NCBI GenBank assembly: GCA_965242695.1
Contig: CBDESU010000001.1
Location: 1,088,001 to 1,152,000 of the forward strand
Direction of reading: 5' to 3'
DNA from: Cenarchaeum sp.
Lineage (GTDB): Archaea > Thermoproteota > Nitrososphaeria > Nitrososphaerales > Nitrosopumilaceae
DNA: 64,000 nt
This document shows, in pieces, positions 20,076 through 30,587 of this stretch (its first letter is position 1; each line of letters opens with the position of its first letter). Below the pieces are notes generated by a model that saw nothing but the letters and a program-made list of their open reading frames with translations, made no database searches and was not told the DNA's origin. Made by a program: the position numbers and the translations under genes.

Positions 20076-22280
20076 ATGGGCGGCGGCGGCGGGCGCGCGG
20101 GGCAGGACAAGGAGGGCAGCCCCGCCGGAACAGACGGGGCGGCAGGAGCCGAATGCGGCGGCCATGCGGCGCGCGGCGCAGACCTGCAGTCGCAGGGCCT
20201 CCACGAAGAGGCCCTTGCGGCGTACGACGAGGCGGTGCGGCTGGATCCCGGCAGCGCGGCCGGGCATGCAGGGCGGGGCGATGCGCTGCTAGAGATGGGC
20301 CGCAGCGAAGAGTACCGCGATCCGGACGAAGAGACGGAGGGGCCTGGTCCCCGCGGAGCGCGGCCCGGAAGGGATCGCTTCAAGGACGCCCTTGCGGCGT
20401 ACGACGAGGCGGTGCGGCTGGATCCCGGCAGCGCCGACCGGCGCGCGGGGCGCGGCGAGGCGCTCCTAGAGCTTGGCAGCAACAAGAAGGCGATCGAGGC
20501 CTTTGGCGAGGCCGCGCGGCTGGATCCCGGCAGTGCAGACCGGCGCAGGGTGCTCGCAGAGGTGCTGTGCGACCTGGACCGGTTCGAGGACGCCCTTGCG
20601 GCGTACGACGAGGCGGTGCGGCTGGATCCCGGCAACGTCCACCTGATCGAGGGTCGCGGCGAGGCGCTGCTGGCCCTTGGCAGGAACGAAGAGGGCGTGG
20701 CCGCGTACAGGGAGGCGGTGCGGACAGAGCCCGGCAGTGCAGACCGGCACGAGGCGCTCGGCATGATCTTCAGGCGCATCGACCGCCCCGAAGAGGCGCT
20801 GGCCGCGTACGGGGAGGCCGCGCGGCTGGATCCCGGCAGCGCATCCAGGCAGAGGGAACTCGGCGAGGCGCTGCTAGACCTTGGGCGCACAGAGGACGGC
20901 CTGGCCGCGTACAGGGATGCGGTGCGGCTAGAGCCCGGCAGTACATCCAGGCAAAGGGAACTAGGCGAGGCGCTGCACCTGGCAGATCGCAACGCCGAGG
21001 CGCTCGCCGCGCTCAACGAGGCCGTGCGGATGTGCAGTAGCAGCGGCAGCGGCAGCGGCAGCGGCAGCGGCAGCGCCCGGTCGGCCCATATCCTGCGCGG
21101 CTGCGTCCTGATGGCCATGTCGCGGCACGACAGGGCCGTGCCGGACTTCAAGTCGGCCGTGGGGCTCGACCCCGGCGATGCCAGCGCGCACGTGTGGCTG
21201 GGGGTCGCGTACGAGCAGCTTGGCAGGTACAAGAGTGCGATCGCATCGATGAAAAGGGGCATCCGGCTCGATCCGCAGAACGCGGACGCGCATACCGTCC
21301 ACGGCAGGGCGCTGCTCAAGGCCGGCCGCACCGGCAAGTCCCTTGCCGCGTTCGACAGGGCGGTCAGGCGCGACGGCGGCCTGGCAGAGGCCCACGAGGG
21401 GAGGGGCTATGCACTGCTCAAGGCCGGCAGGCACAAGGAGGCGCTCGCCGCGCTTGCAAGGGCGGCGCGGCTCGATCCCGACAGCGCAAGCGCACACCTG
21501 GGAAGGGGCCGCGCGCTGCTCAAGGCCGGCCGCCGCAGGGCGGCGCTCGCCGCGCTCAAGAAGGCCGCGCGGATCGACCCCGACGATGCATATGTGCACC
21601 TGGCCGCCGGCATCGTGCTGAGCGGGGCCGGCCTACACAAGAGGGCGCTTGCCGCCCTCGACAGGGCCGCATCGCTGGACGACGGCGATGCTGCCGTCCA
21701 CCGCATGCGCGGCATTGCGCTGGGCGAGCTCGGCCGCCACAAGAGGGCGCTTGCCGCCCTCGACGGGGCCGCATCGCTGGACGACGGCGATGCTGCCGTC
21801 CACCGCATGCGCGGCATTGCGCTGGGCGAGCTCGGCCGCCACAAGAGGGCGCTTGCCGCGCTAGACAGGGCCGCATCGCTCGACGACGGCGACTGGAAGA
21901 CGCACCTTGCAAGGGGCAGGGCCCTTGAGGACATGGGGAGGTACCCCGAGGCGCTCGCCGCCCTCGACAGGGCCGTGGAGATCCAGCCCGGGAATTCGGC
22001 CGTGCACTGCCGGCGCGGCATGATCCTTGTCAGCCTCCACAGGGAGTCCGAGGCACTCTCCGAGTTCGACGAGGCCGACCGCATCATGCCCGGCAACGGG
22101 CTGGTTGCCTGCGGGCGCGCCATGGCCCTGGCCGGCCTCGGCCGCCTCGAAGAGGCGCGCGCCGTGGCCGACAAGGCCTCGCGGATCGACCCCGACGACG
22201 AGGACGTTGCACAGGTCCGCAGGATGCTGCAGGAGGCGCCCGGGGGCGGCAGGAGGCGGCGCAGGGCGCGGGGCGCGTGA
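20076..22280 (+). CDS. Long TPR protein (~734 aa)
   Basis: Many TPR units, near-exact 102-nt internal duplications around 21635-21880, and an SG-repeat linker around 21040-21075. Confidence 0.9.
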   Translation: MGGGGGRAGQDKEGSPAGTDGAAGAECGGHAARGADLQSQGLHEEALAAYDEAVRLDPGSAAGHAGRGDALLEMGRSEEYRDPDEETEGPGPRGARPGRDRFKDALAAYDEAVRLDPGSADRRAGRGEALLELGSNKKAIEAFGEAARLDPGSADRRRVLAEVLCDLDRFEDALAAYDEAVRLDPGNVHLIEGRGEALLALGRNEEGVAAYREAVRTEPGSADRHEALGMIFRRIDRPEEALAAYGEAARLDPGSASRQRELGEALLDLGRTEDGLAAYRDAVRLEPGSTSRQRELGEALHLADRNAEALAALNEAVRMCSSSGSGSGSGSGSARSAHILRGCVLMAMSRHDRAVPDFKSAVGLDPGDASAHVWLGVAYEQLGRYKSAIASMKRGIRLDPQNADAHTVHGRALLKAGRTGKSLAAFDRAVRRDGGLAEAHEGRGYALLKAGRHKEALAALARAARLDPDSASAHLGRGRALLKAGRRRAALAALKKAARIDPDDAYVHLAAGIVLSGAGLHKRALAALDRAASLDDGDAAVHRMRGIALGELGRHKRALAALDGAASLDDGDAAVHRMRGIALGELGRHKRALAALDRAASLDDGDWKTHLARGRALEDMGRYPEALAALDRAVEIQPGNSAVHCRRGMILVSLHRESEALSEFDEADRIMPGNGLVACGRAMALAGLGRLEEARAVADKASRIDPDDEDVAQVRRMLQEAPGGGRRRRRARGA

Positions 22281-22497
22281 GCGGGGCGGCCTGCCGCTGC
22301 GATGCGCGGGCGCATGCGGCGCCGGGCATCCGCGCGCGCCCGCCTGCCGGCCCGGCGGCCGCGGCGGCGCACGCGGCAGGCGGCGCCGGCGATTGGGCCT
22401 AGATCATGGCGGCACTTCTTGCCCCCGTGATCCGTTCCGCCGGCAGGCGTTGCCGCGAACATTGTTTTTAATACCACCTCGCCCGCCCGCGCTCACG

Positions 22498-22914
22498 ATG
22501 ACGACCCAGCAGGCAGTCCTCAGCAAAAGGAGAGCGGATTTGAAAGGGCGACATGTGGCCCCCACCGTGGACGAGTCCATGGCGGCTGGCGTGGCCGCAG
22601 CCGAGGCGGCCGCAATGCCAGCAGGCTGGAAGCCGAGCAGGTTCTTCGAGGCATGGAAAAAAGTAGCGGCCGAGAAGTCGGCATTCAAGCTTTGCTGGCT
22701 CAACATGGGGCACTACAGCGCCCTTACGCCCAAGGATAGAAAGCGGGTCATTGGCAAGATCTTGCGCATCACGATAGCTTCAAGAGCCTACGACTCTGAC
22801 GACTTTTACGAGGGCGTCCTTGCATCGCACAACGACTACGGCGCTATGCAGGTATACGTGTCCGCGTTCGTGGATGCGTTCTGGAAGGACTACTGGACGG
22901 ATTGCATCGAGTGA
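22498..22914 (+). CDS. Hypothetical protein (138 aa)
   Basis: Lower-GC ORF with normal amino-acid composition; TTTTTAAT box about 30 nt upstream. Confidence 0.65.
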   Translation: MTTQQAVLSKRRADLKGRHVAPTVDESMAAGVAAAEAAAMPAGWKPSRFFEAWKKVAAEKSAFKLCWLNMGHYSALTPKDRKRVIGKILRITIASRAYDSDDFYEGVLASHNDYGAMQVYVSAFVDAFWKDYWTDCIE

Positions 22915-22957
22915 TGCCCGGGCGGCGAGCAGGAGTGAAGTGCACCTCTCTCTCCCG

Positions 22958-23761
22958 CTAGCCTCCGAGCCACCTGATCCTGTGCCTTGCCCCCAGCGCC
23001 TCAGCATTATCCCTGCCGATCTCGGCGCCAGGCAACACGACAAAGTCTGTTTCCGGCGGGATCGGAGTCCCGTCGGGCACCCTCACCTCCGCCTCGGACG
23101 CGTGTTCCGCCTCTTTCGGATCGTCCACCCGCTCGTCTTTTTCCTCCATGTCCCTAGGCAGGGCGGTGTACTGCACGCATCGGACATTCCTGCGCATAGC
23201 GTCGCTCATTGGGACGCGCATCTGGATTTTTCGTCCGCCAAATCGCAGCCCCGGATTGACAGTGAGCGCCTTGAAGCCGCGCCGCGCACCATCCGCCTCG
23301 ATCCTACTCTCGAACACGCCCGTCATGCAGCTCCCAATCTCAAGCGGGTCGATCCACCGGTACACATGATCCGATGCAAGGGCCGTTCCGCAGAGCCAGG
23401 CGCTAAACGCACGCGCCGTCTCCTCTGCGTCCAGAATTTTGCAGTATTTCGCACCATCTCTTGCAAGCCCGTCTAGGAGCAGCCGGTCGCACTCGCGCCA
23501 GTCCTTTCGCGCATGGGCCGCCTTGTACCTGCCGTAGGCCTCACCGCTCTCGAAGAGCCACCTGCGGGCATGGCCTTTACGGCCCCACACTCCGGCCCGT
23601 GCGCCTTCCACTGCCGACAGCACCCCCGGCATGGAAAGGGCGCCGAATGTCGCGAGCTTTTCGCGCACACCACGAATCTCGATCGCATGCCCCGGCGCTA
23701 TGATGGACGCGGAGACTCCGCTTCTGTCTGCGCCGCCCAGCCCTGCTACGGTGTCCGCCAT
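22958..23761 (-). CDS. Hypothetical protein, possible ADP-ribosyltransferase-like C-terminal domain
   Basis: VYRW...GFKALT...SEAEVRVPDGT resembles the R-S-ExE ART pattern; TTATAT 24-29 nt before ATG 23761. Confidence 0.55.
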   Translation of the reverse strand: MADTVAGLGGADRSGVSASIIAPGHAIEIRGVREKLATFGALSMPGVLSAVEGARAGVWGRKGHARRWLFESGEAYGRYKAAHARKDWRECDRLLLDGLARDGAKYCKILDAEETARAFSAWLCGTALASDHVYRWIDPLEIGSCMTGVFESRIEADGARRGFKALTVNPGLRFGGRKIQMRVPMSDAMRRNVRCVQYTALPRDMEEKDERVDDPKEAEHASEAEVRVPDGTPIPPETDFVVLPGAEIGRDNAEALGARHRIRWLGG

Positions 23762-23975
23762 GCCGTCGATGGCCTCTCGTAAACATATAACAGTTTTCAA
23801 GCGTACTATAAACGTATATTAGCATCGTCAGCTGTTGTAGCCGGTGGTAAATTCAGATCTATCCATATCCGGGTCCCCCCGCTGCATACTGATCCCCATG
23901 GCATCGATGCCGTAACCGCCCCCTGTATGCGCGCCGCTTGCCAGGCTCTGCATGCCCCGCCCGCCCCTCGCATCC

Positions 23976-24205
23976 CCGCACCGCGCAAATCCGCCCCCTC
24001 CTCCGCTCCGAATGCATGGACGGCGCAAAGGGAGGCACGGCGCCTGCACAGCCGCGCCGCCGGCAGCGGCATCGATGACCTCAATGGCAGGGCCCCGGCC
24101 TCGACAAGCGCCGGGCGCATCGAGGATGCGCCGCAGGGCGCGGGGCGCGTGAGCGGGGCGGCCTGCCGCGGCGATGCGCGGGCGCATGCGGCGCCGGGCA
24201 TCCGC
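23976..24205 (+). pseudogene. Collapsed TPR-gene remnant with mutated promoter motif
   Basis: CCGCACCGCGCAAATCCGCC, then an ATG, a fragment matching 33181, and a copy of the 3' end and downstream DNA of the 20076 gene (22260-22335). Confidence 0.6.
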
Positions 24206-24415
24206 GCGCGCGTGCCTGCCGGCCCGGCGGCCGCGGCTGCGCGCAGTTCCGCCCCGCGGCGGCATCGACAATGGGGCCATGGCAACGCCCGATTCCGCCC
24301 TCCTGCCGGCACGCCAGTGTCGGCCTGTGCGACGAGTGGATGGACGGCGGCGGTAGCGGCATCCCAGGGACAGACGCCCCTGCCGCATTCCCTCCACTCC
24401 ACCCTCCCTCTCATC

Positions 24416-24435
24416 CCGCACCGCATAAATCCGCC
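24416..24435 (+). promoter_or_regulatory. TPR-gene promoter motif (copy 6)
   Basis: Exact 20-mer; ATAAAT 28 nt before GTG 24453. Confidence 0.75.
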
Positions 24436-24452
24436 CTGCTCGCCCCTCCCGC

Positions 24453-25517
24453 GTGGACGGCGGCGCGGCCGGGGGCGCAGGGGAGGAAAGAGGCGGCAGG
24501 AGACCCCGCGTAATCGTCGCGTTCGGCACCGATCCCGATCGCAGGAACCTGGTGGAAATGACGTGGATCGACACCAAGGTCGATGGCATTGCCGCCTGCG
24601 AAGAGGCCGTCCGGCGCGACCCGGGCGGCGCGGGCGCGCGCATGGACCTCGCCGCGGCCCTGATCGGCGCCGGGCGGCGCGGCGATGCGCTCGCGGCGCT
24701 CGACGAGGCCGTTCGGATCGGCGGCGACGGCAGCGCTGACGCACATGCCATGCGCGGCGTCGTCCTCTTGATCGACCGCAAGAGGGCCGAGGCCGCGCGC
24801 GCATTCGAGGCCGCCGCCGCGGCCGACCCGGGCAGCGTCGCGGCCCGCATGGGATGCGGACTGGCCTGCCTGAAGCTGGGCCGGCGCGCCGATGCGATAG
24901 GGTCGTTCGGCGAGGCGGCGCGGCTCGATCCCGGCAGCGCGGATGCGCGGATCGGACTTGGCGGCGCGCTGGCCGAGGAGGGCCGCTACGCCGACGCCCT
25001 CGCGGCGCTCGACGGGGCCCTGCGGATCGACCCGGACAGCGTCCCTGCCCACGCAAAGAGGGGATACGCGCTGCTCGGCATGGACAGGCCCAAGAGGGCG
25101 CTTGCGGCGTTTACAAGGGCCGCCAGGCTCGAGCCCGGCCTGGCCATCGTCCACATTGGGAGGGGGCGCGCGCTGCTCGACGCGGACAGGCCCAAGAGGG
25201 CGCTTGCGGCGTACGCGAGGGCCGCGCGGCTGGACCCCGGCATCGCCGGTGCCCACCAGGGGCGCGCCGAGGCCCTGCACCGCCTCGGCCGCCACAAGAG
25301 GGCGCTTGCCGCCATCGACAGGGCCGCGGCCATTGATCCGCGCGAGGCCGGCGTTCACCTTGGGCGCGGCATCATACTGTGCAGCCTGGGGCGGATCGGC
25401 GAGGCCGTGTCCGAGTGCGAAGAGGCCGCCCGGCTCGACCCCGGCGACGAGAACGTTGCGGGGGAGCTCGCAGAGATGAGGCGGCTGGCGGCGAGCGCGC
25501 AGGCCGGCGGCGAGTAG
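24453..25517 (+). CDS. TPR protein
   Basis: TPR repeats, 354 aa. Confidence 0.92.
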   Translation: MDGGAAGGAGEERGGRRPRVIVAFGTDPDRRNLVEMTWIDTKVDGIAACEEAVRRDPGGAGARMDLAAALIGAGRRGDALAALDEAVRIGGDGSADAHAMRGVVLLIDRKRAEAARAFEAAAAADPGSVAARMGCGLACLKLGRRADAIGSFGEAARLDPGSADARIGLGGALAEEGRYADALAALDGALRIDPDSVPAHAKRGYALLGMDRPKRALAAFTRAARLEPGLAIVHIGRGRALLDADRPKRALAAYARAARLDPGIAGAHQGRAEALHRLGRHKRALAAIDRAAAIDPREAGVHLGRGIILCSLGRIGEAVSECEEAARLDPGDENVAGELAEMRRLAASAQAGGE

Positions 25518-25714
25518 GGCGCCCGGCGCGCCCCGGCGCCGCCGTCCCGGCGCCGCCGCGGCCCGGCAGGGGCGGCATACCCCCGGCCGCGGGGCCCGTC
25601 CAGCCCAAAGGGGCCGCGCGCACGGGACGCGCCCGCGCAGGGGCCGTCACCCTCAGCCCCGCCCCGCGGAGAAAAGGCGGCCGGAACGCCGCGCCGCACT
25701 GCGCCCCCCATCCC

Positions 25715-25734
25715 CCGCACCGCATAAATCCGCC
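25715..25734 (+). promoter_or_regulatory. TPR-gene promoter motif (copy 7)
   Basis: Exact 20-mer; ATAAAT 29 nt before ATG 25753. Confidence 0.75.
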
Positions 25735-25752
25735 CCGTCCCCGCCCGCCCGC

Positions 25753-26781
25753 ATGGCGAGGGGCGTGAAGCGGAAAAGGGGAAAGAGGCCCCGCATAGTC
25801 GCCGGATTCAGCATCGACGCCGAGGGCAGGCGCCTGATGGAGGTGACGCTGATCGACACCATGGTGCCCAGCCTCGCCGCCTGCAAAAAGGCCGTCCGGC
25901 GCGACCCTGGCAGTGCGGACGCCCGCATGGACCTGGCCTCGGCCCTGATCGGCGCCGGGCGGCGCGGCGATGCGCTCGCCGCCGCCGACGGGGCCGTGCG
26001 GGTCGGCCCGGGAAACGCCGAGGCGCACGCCCTGCGCGGCGCCATCCTCGCAGCCTCCGACAAGGCAGGGGCCGCGCGCGCGTTCGAGGCCGCCATCGAG
26101 GCCGACCCCGACCACATCGGGGCCCACATGGGGCGGGCGATGGCATGCCTAAAGCTCGGGCGGCGCGCCGATGCGACAGGGTCGTCCGGCGAGGCGGTGC
26201 GGATCGACCCGGCGAGCGCGGATGCGCGGATCGGACTTGGCGGCGCGCTGGCCGAGGAGGGCCGCCACGCCGAGGCCCTCGCCGAGTACGACGAGGCCCT
26301 GCGGATCGACCCGGACAGCGCCGCGGCCCACGCAAGGAGGGGATACGCGCTGCTCAGCCTGGGCAGGACCAAGAGGGCGCTTGCGGCGTTTGCGAGGGCC
26401 GCCAGGCTCGAGCCCGGGCTGGCCGTCGTCCATGTTGGGAGGGGGCGCGCGCTGCTCGACGCGGACAGGCCCAAGAGGGCGCTTGCGGCGTGCACGAGGG
26501 CCGCGCGGCTGGTGCCGGACAGCGCCGATGCCCACCGCGGGCGCGCCGAGGCGCTCCACCGCCTGGGCAGGCACGAGAGGGCGCTTGCCGCCATCGACAG
26601 GGCCGTGGCCGCGGGGCCGCGCGTGGCTCTCGCCCGCCTTGTGCGCAGCACCATACTGTACAGCCTGGGCAGGAACGGCGAGGCCGTGTCCGAGTGCGAA
26701 GAGGCCGCCAGGATCGAGCCCGGCGACGAGAACGTTGCAAAAGCGCTCGCCGAGGCGAGGCGGCTGGCGGGGCGCTCGTAG
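25753..26781 (+). CDS. TPR protein
   Basis: TPR repeats, 342 aa, close paralog of 24453. Confidence 0.92.
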   Translation: MARGVKRKRGKRPRIVAGFSIDAEGRRLMEVTLIDTMVPSLAACKKAVRRDPGSADARMDLASALIGAGRRGDALAAADGAVRVGPGNAEAHALRGAILAASDKAGAARAFEAAIEADPDHIGAHMGRAMACLKLGRRADATGSSGEAVRIDPASADARIGLGGALAEEGRHAEALAEYDEALRIDPDSAAAHARRGYALLSLGRTKRALAAFARAARLEPGLAVVHVGRGRALLDADRPKRALAACTRAARLVPDSADAHRGRAEALHRLGRHERALAAIDRAVAAGPRVALARLVRSTILYSLGRNGEAVSECEEAARIEPGDENVAKALAEARRLAGRS

Positions 26782-27099
26782 GCGGGCCGTGCAGAGGCCG
26801 GGCTGCACGGGGGCCGAGCGGAGGCGCCCGGGCGCCGCCTCTGACGACGATGTGCGGACCATCCCGAGGCGGAAGCGGAATTCCTGCCGCCTCCCCTCCC
26901 TCCACCCTCCCCCGTTCCGCCGCGCGGGCGTTGGGAAGGACAACAAGGGGGGCGGCCAGCGCAGAGGCCTGCAGAGGGCAGGGCGCGTCCACGGCGCCGC
27001 GATCCTGCCGGCCTGCCGATGCACCTTGCATCCCCCCCCCTCCTTCCAACGCGGATCCCGCCGCGGCCTGTCTACTGGGCCTTGAACTTGCCCTGTATG

Positions 27100-27560
27100 T
27101 CGATGCAGAATGCGTCCGCCTCGCCGCCGCCGACGGGCAGATAGAGGATTCCCTGTTGCGGCGGAACAGCCTGATCGCAGGATCGTCGACGGGGCCGAGC
27201 ACGACGATGCGGCACCCGGCCCTCTTTGGCATGCAGACGGCCTCGCCGAGCGCCCATGTTAAGAAGTCGGCGGTCACACCCTCGTGGTTTTTGCCCGTGG
27301 TCAAGTAGGCGGCGAGGAGTGCCGGGATGTTGCCGCATCCCATTCCCTTCAGGGCAGGATCGCGGTCGGGGCGCAGGTGCGCTGCGGCTGCTGGCGGGCA
27401 GCCAAGGGCGCCGCCGCGCCCGTCGCCGCACATCCGTGCTCTGTTCAGCCCTTCATGCCGCTGTAGGAATCGACCCTGTAGTATTCGTGGAACTCGGCGT
27501 TGCAGCACTCGAATCTTGGATCGTGGACAGTGTCTGGAAGCACCGGCGAGATATTACGCC
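27100..27560 (-). pseudogene. Degraded GNAT acetyltransferase toxin (TacT/AtaT-like)
   Basis: Fragments RFECCNAEFHEYY and NIPALLAAYLTT...FLTWALGEA...AGCRIVVLGPVDD separated by a stop and frameshifts; boundaries approximate. Confidence 0.5.
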
Positions 27561-27733
27561 CCGGATGCCCGCCTGCGGCGCTCCTGGAACTCGTAGGGAC
27601 CTACTTTCGTTATGTGCCGGATGCGCTCCCGGGCCAGCTCGACGGCGCGAACCATCTCTGGTGTGGGCCCCTCTTTTAGCTGTTCTGCTAGCATGGCCCA
27701 CTGCTTGTCGCCGAGCGGCTCGACTTCCCTCAT
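27554..27733 (-). CDS. Small antitoxin-like protein (DUF1778-like)
   Basis: MREVEPLGDKQWAMLAEQLKEGPTPEMVRAVELARERI, directly upstream of the GNAT remnant. Confidence 0.55.
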   Translation of the reverse strand: MREVEPLGDKQWAMLAEQLKEGPTPEMVRAVELARERIRHITKVGPYEFQERRRRASGA

Positions 27734-28227
27734 TGGCACGCCCGCTGGAAACCTGGCGGGATTATGTACATTGCCTTTTGGCGGCAGGCGAACGATCGCA
27801 GCTGGACAGGCCCCGCCGGACGGCCGCCGCGCCTCCGATCTATAGTCACGAGCACGTGTTCTCGACGCTTTTTTTGCCGCATCGACGCCTAATCGATGCA
27901 CGTAAAAGTGTCAGAAACTTATGCTCGGGACTATAGCCGCCCGCATATCCTCCTCCTCCGATGCTGCCGCCGCGCCGCCCTCTTCCCGGCCGCGGCGATG
28001 CGCTTGCCGCGCTGGGCCGCCACGCCGAGGCGCAGGATGCCCGCGAAGCGGCCTCTCGCATCTCAAGCAATGCCGGCAACGACTAGCACCCCTGCCGCAT
28101 GGCGCACCCTGTCCACGTGCGATGGGGTATGCGCTCGCCATCCGCCGCACTTGAGGACAAACACGGCCACGCGGCGCTGCGCGGAAACCCCTCGGCGCGG
28201 CCATTCCAGCGGCCGGCGTCCCTCAAG

Positions 28228-28629
28228 TCAATACAGGGAATTCTCGCGCCAAGGCGTGGTATGCTCGATCACCTCGCCCGAGGCGATCATCTCCCTTATC
28301 TCGTCCTCGCTGTACTTTGATCCCAGGTTGCACGGATCAAACCGTATCGTGATGCGCTTAGGCCCCGTCTTTTGGCTCTCGTACATGAGTTCAGCGAGCT
28401 CGCGCGCCGAGAGGTTGCGGTCCTCCTGCGCCGGCAGGCTGCGCATGCCCGCCATCCCAGCGCCGTCCGCCCCGCCGCCCTCGCAGACGCTACCCTGCGG
28501 CGCGGCACCGGCCGCGCCCTCGGGCACGCCGCCAGTCGATGCCGGCGCGTCCTGCCCCGCTCCCGCCCCGCCGCGGGCATCGGCCGCGGGCGCCTCGGCC
28601 CCCGTGCTGCACCCTGCAGGCCTGTCCAT
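28228..28629 (-). CDS. Hypothetical protein (copy 1 of 3)
   Basis: Low-complexity N-terminus plus conserved ITIRFDPCNL..KYSE.EIR.MI.SGEVIE.TTPWRE; TTATAT about 28 nt upstream. Confidence 0.65.
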   Translation of the reverse strand: MDRPAGCSTGAEAPAADARGGAGAGQDAPASTGGVPEGAAGAAPQGSVCEGGGADGAGMAGMRSLPAQEDRNLSARELAELMYESQKTGPKRITIRFDPCNLGSKYSEDEIREMIASGEVIEHTTPWRENSLY

Positions 28630-29053
28630 GCGGGGTGGATATTCAACTCCAATATAAGGCCTGCCGTGCCCCGCCGGCGATCACCCTGTCGGCCTTGGCC
28701 GTGCATCGCCTGCAGTAGAATTGCGTGTGCGGTCGTACGTTGCAAAGATGGGCCGCACAGCCGCATGTGGACGGCCCGGCAGTCCCCGCGCTGCGCTGCT
28801 TGCGCCCGGTGTCGCGGCCGCGGCCGCGGCCGCCGCGCCTGCCTCCCGCGCCTCGCCCCAGATCTGCGGGTCGCGGCCGCAACCCTCGTGCGCGCCAGAA
28901 TTGCGGCGTCCAATCACGCGTCCCATTTCACAGGGTTCGCGCCAGCGGCAGCGCATGCGGCATGGCCGGCAGGGGCCGGGGCGGGCAGGGAGGGGGGCGC
29001 CCTGCGGCGGTCCGGACATCAACATCTGCGCTCGCACCCTAGAGTAATATGTA

Positions 29054-30037
29054 GTGCCGTCTTCGACCGCACTCGTGGCGCGGAAGAGGATATACGTGCG
29101 CGGCTCGGCCCGGTTGCCGCGGGTCAGCCTGTACGACATGTTTGTAAAGTTCTACCGGGCGCGCGTCAAGGCGGGCGACGGCGATCCGGACCACGCCGAC
29201 ATGGCGGTCGTCAGGTTCTCTACTACGCTCGAGCAGTCCGGCCGGCGCCTTTGGAAGGTTTACCTGGAGGGCCATCCAGACGACGAGACCGTCGAGGTGG
29301 TCGTGCAGCGCCACAATTTTGACCATGTGCGGCGCATGGCATGGGCCGAGCTGGTTGCAAGCAGCAAGAACATCTCTAGCACGGACGATCTGCGCTCGAT
29401 CCTTGACAAGTTGGGGATGGGCGCCGTCCTTGGCAAGAAAAGGGCGGCGGCGGCGGGCTCCACCATGAGCAGCCGGCACGGGGTCGTCCATGGCGCCGCA
29501 GACGCGGGCATCGACGTGGTCGATGCGTTCGGAGAGATCGAGCCGCTGATTCGCGACATGCTCTCGAACGACCTGGAGGCGCTGATCCAGATGGACCTTG
29601 CAAAGGCCCACGTGGCGGAGACGGTGCCTGGCAGCACGTGGTCGCCGCGCGAGTGCCACGAGGCGATCGTGGAGCGGTGCAGCAAAGCCAGGGGCGGCGA
29701 TCAAGCGCTGGTCCAGCGATCCATGGGCAGGTCGCTGGCTGCGCTGGAACGGGATGCAGAGGCCTTGGAGGCGTACACCCGCGCTGCCGAGATCAATCCG
29801 GAATACGCCGCCGCGCATGCCGGCCGCGGCGATGCGCTCTACGCGCTGGATCGGGATGCAGAGGCCTTGGAGGCGTACACCCGCGCTGCCGAGATCAATC
29901 CGGAATACGCCGCCGCGCATGCCGGCCGCGGCGATGCGCTCTACGCGCTGGATCGGGATGCAGAGGCCTTGGAGGCGTACACCCGCGCTGCCGAGATCAA
30001 TCCGGAATACGCCGCCGCGCATGCCGGCCGCGGCTAG
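29054..30037 (+). CDS. Hypothetical protein with C-terminal TPRs (probably truncated)
   Basis: Globular-looking N-terminus followed by near-identical 34-aa TPR units; start uncertain. Confidence 0.6.
   Translation: MPSSTALVARKRIYVRGSARLPRVSLYDMFVKFYRARVKAGDGDPDHADMAVVRFSTTLEQSGRRLWKVYLEGHPDDETVEVVVQRHNFDHVRRMAWAELVASSKNISSTDDLRSILDKLGMGAVLGKKRAAAAGSTMSSRHGVVHGAADAGIDVVDAFGEIEPLIRDMLSNDLEALIQMDLAKAHVAETVPGSTWSPRECHEAIVERCSKARGGDQALVQRSMGRSLAALERDAEALEAYTRAAEINPEYAAAHAGRGDALYALDRDAEALEAYTRAAEINPEYAAAHAGRGDALYALDRDAEALEAYTRAAEINPEYAAAHAGRG
29741..30033 (+). repeat. 102-bp tandem repeat, about 3 copies (one TPR each)
   Basis: Near-identical units at 29741, 29843 and 29945; a further copy lies near 30822. 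Confidence 0.9.
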
Positions 30038-30185
30038 CGCCCCTGCCGCATGTAGTGCCTTGCCAGCGCGCGACATTCAGTGTGTTAGCTAGGCCGCCGT
30101 ACTGTAGGACGAGCACAGCCACACGGCGCCGCACGTAAACCCTCGGCGCTCGGCGCGGTCATTCCAGCGGCCGGCGTCCCTCAAG

Positions 30186-30587
30186 TCAAGACAGGGATCT
30201 CTCGCGCCAAGGCGTGGTATACTCGATCACCTCGCCCGATTCGATCATCTTCCTTATCTCGCTCTCGCTGTACTTTGATTCTAAGTTGCACGGATCAAAC
30301 CGTATCGTGATGCGCTTAGGCCCCGTCTTTCGGCTCTCGTACATGAGTTCAGCGAGCTCGCGCGCCGAGAGGTTGCGGCCCTCCTGCGCCGGCAGGCTGC
30401 GCCTGCCCGCCATCCCAGCGCCGTCCGCCCCGCCGCCCTCGCCGGTGCGGCCCTGCGGCGCGGCACTGGCCGCGCCATCGGGCACGCCGCCAGTCGATGC
30501 CGGCGCGTCCTGCCCGGCTCCCGCTCTGCCGCGGGCATCGGCAGCGGGCGCCTCGGCCCCCATGCCGCATCCTGCAGGCCTGTCCAT
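30186..30587 (-). CDS. Hypothetical protein (copy 2 of 3)
   Basis: Paralog of 28228 with the same promoter. Confidence 0.65.
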   Translation of the reverse strand: MDRPAGCGMGAEAPAADARGRAGAGQDAPASTGGVPDGAASAAPQGRTGEGGGADGAGMAGRRSLPAQEGRNLSARELAELMYESRKTGPKRITIRFDPCNLESKYSESEIRKMIESGEVIEYTTPWRERSLS

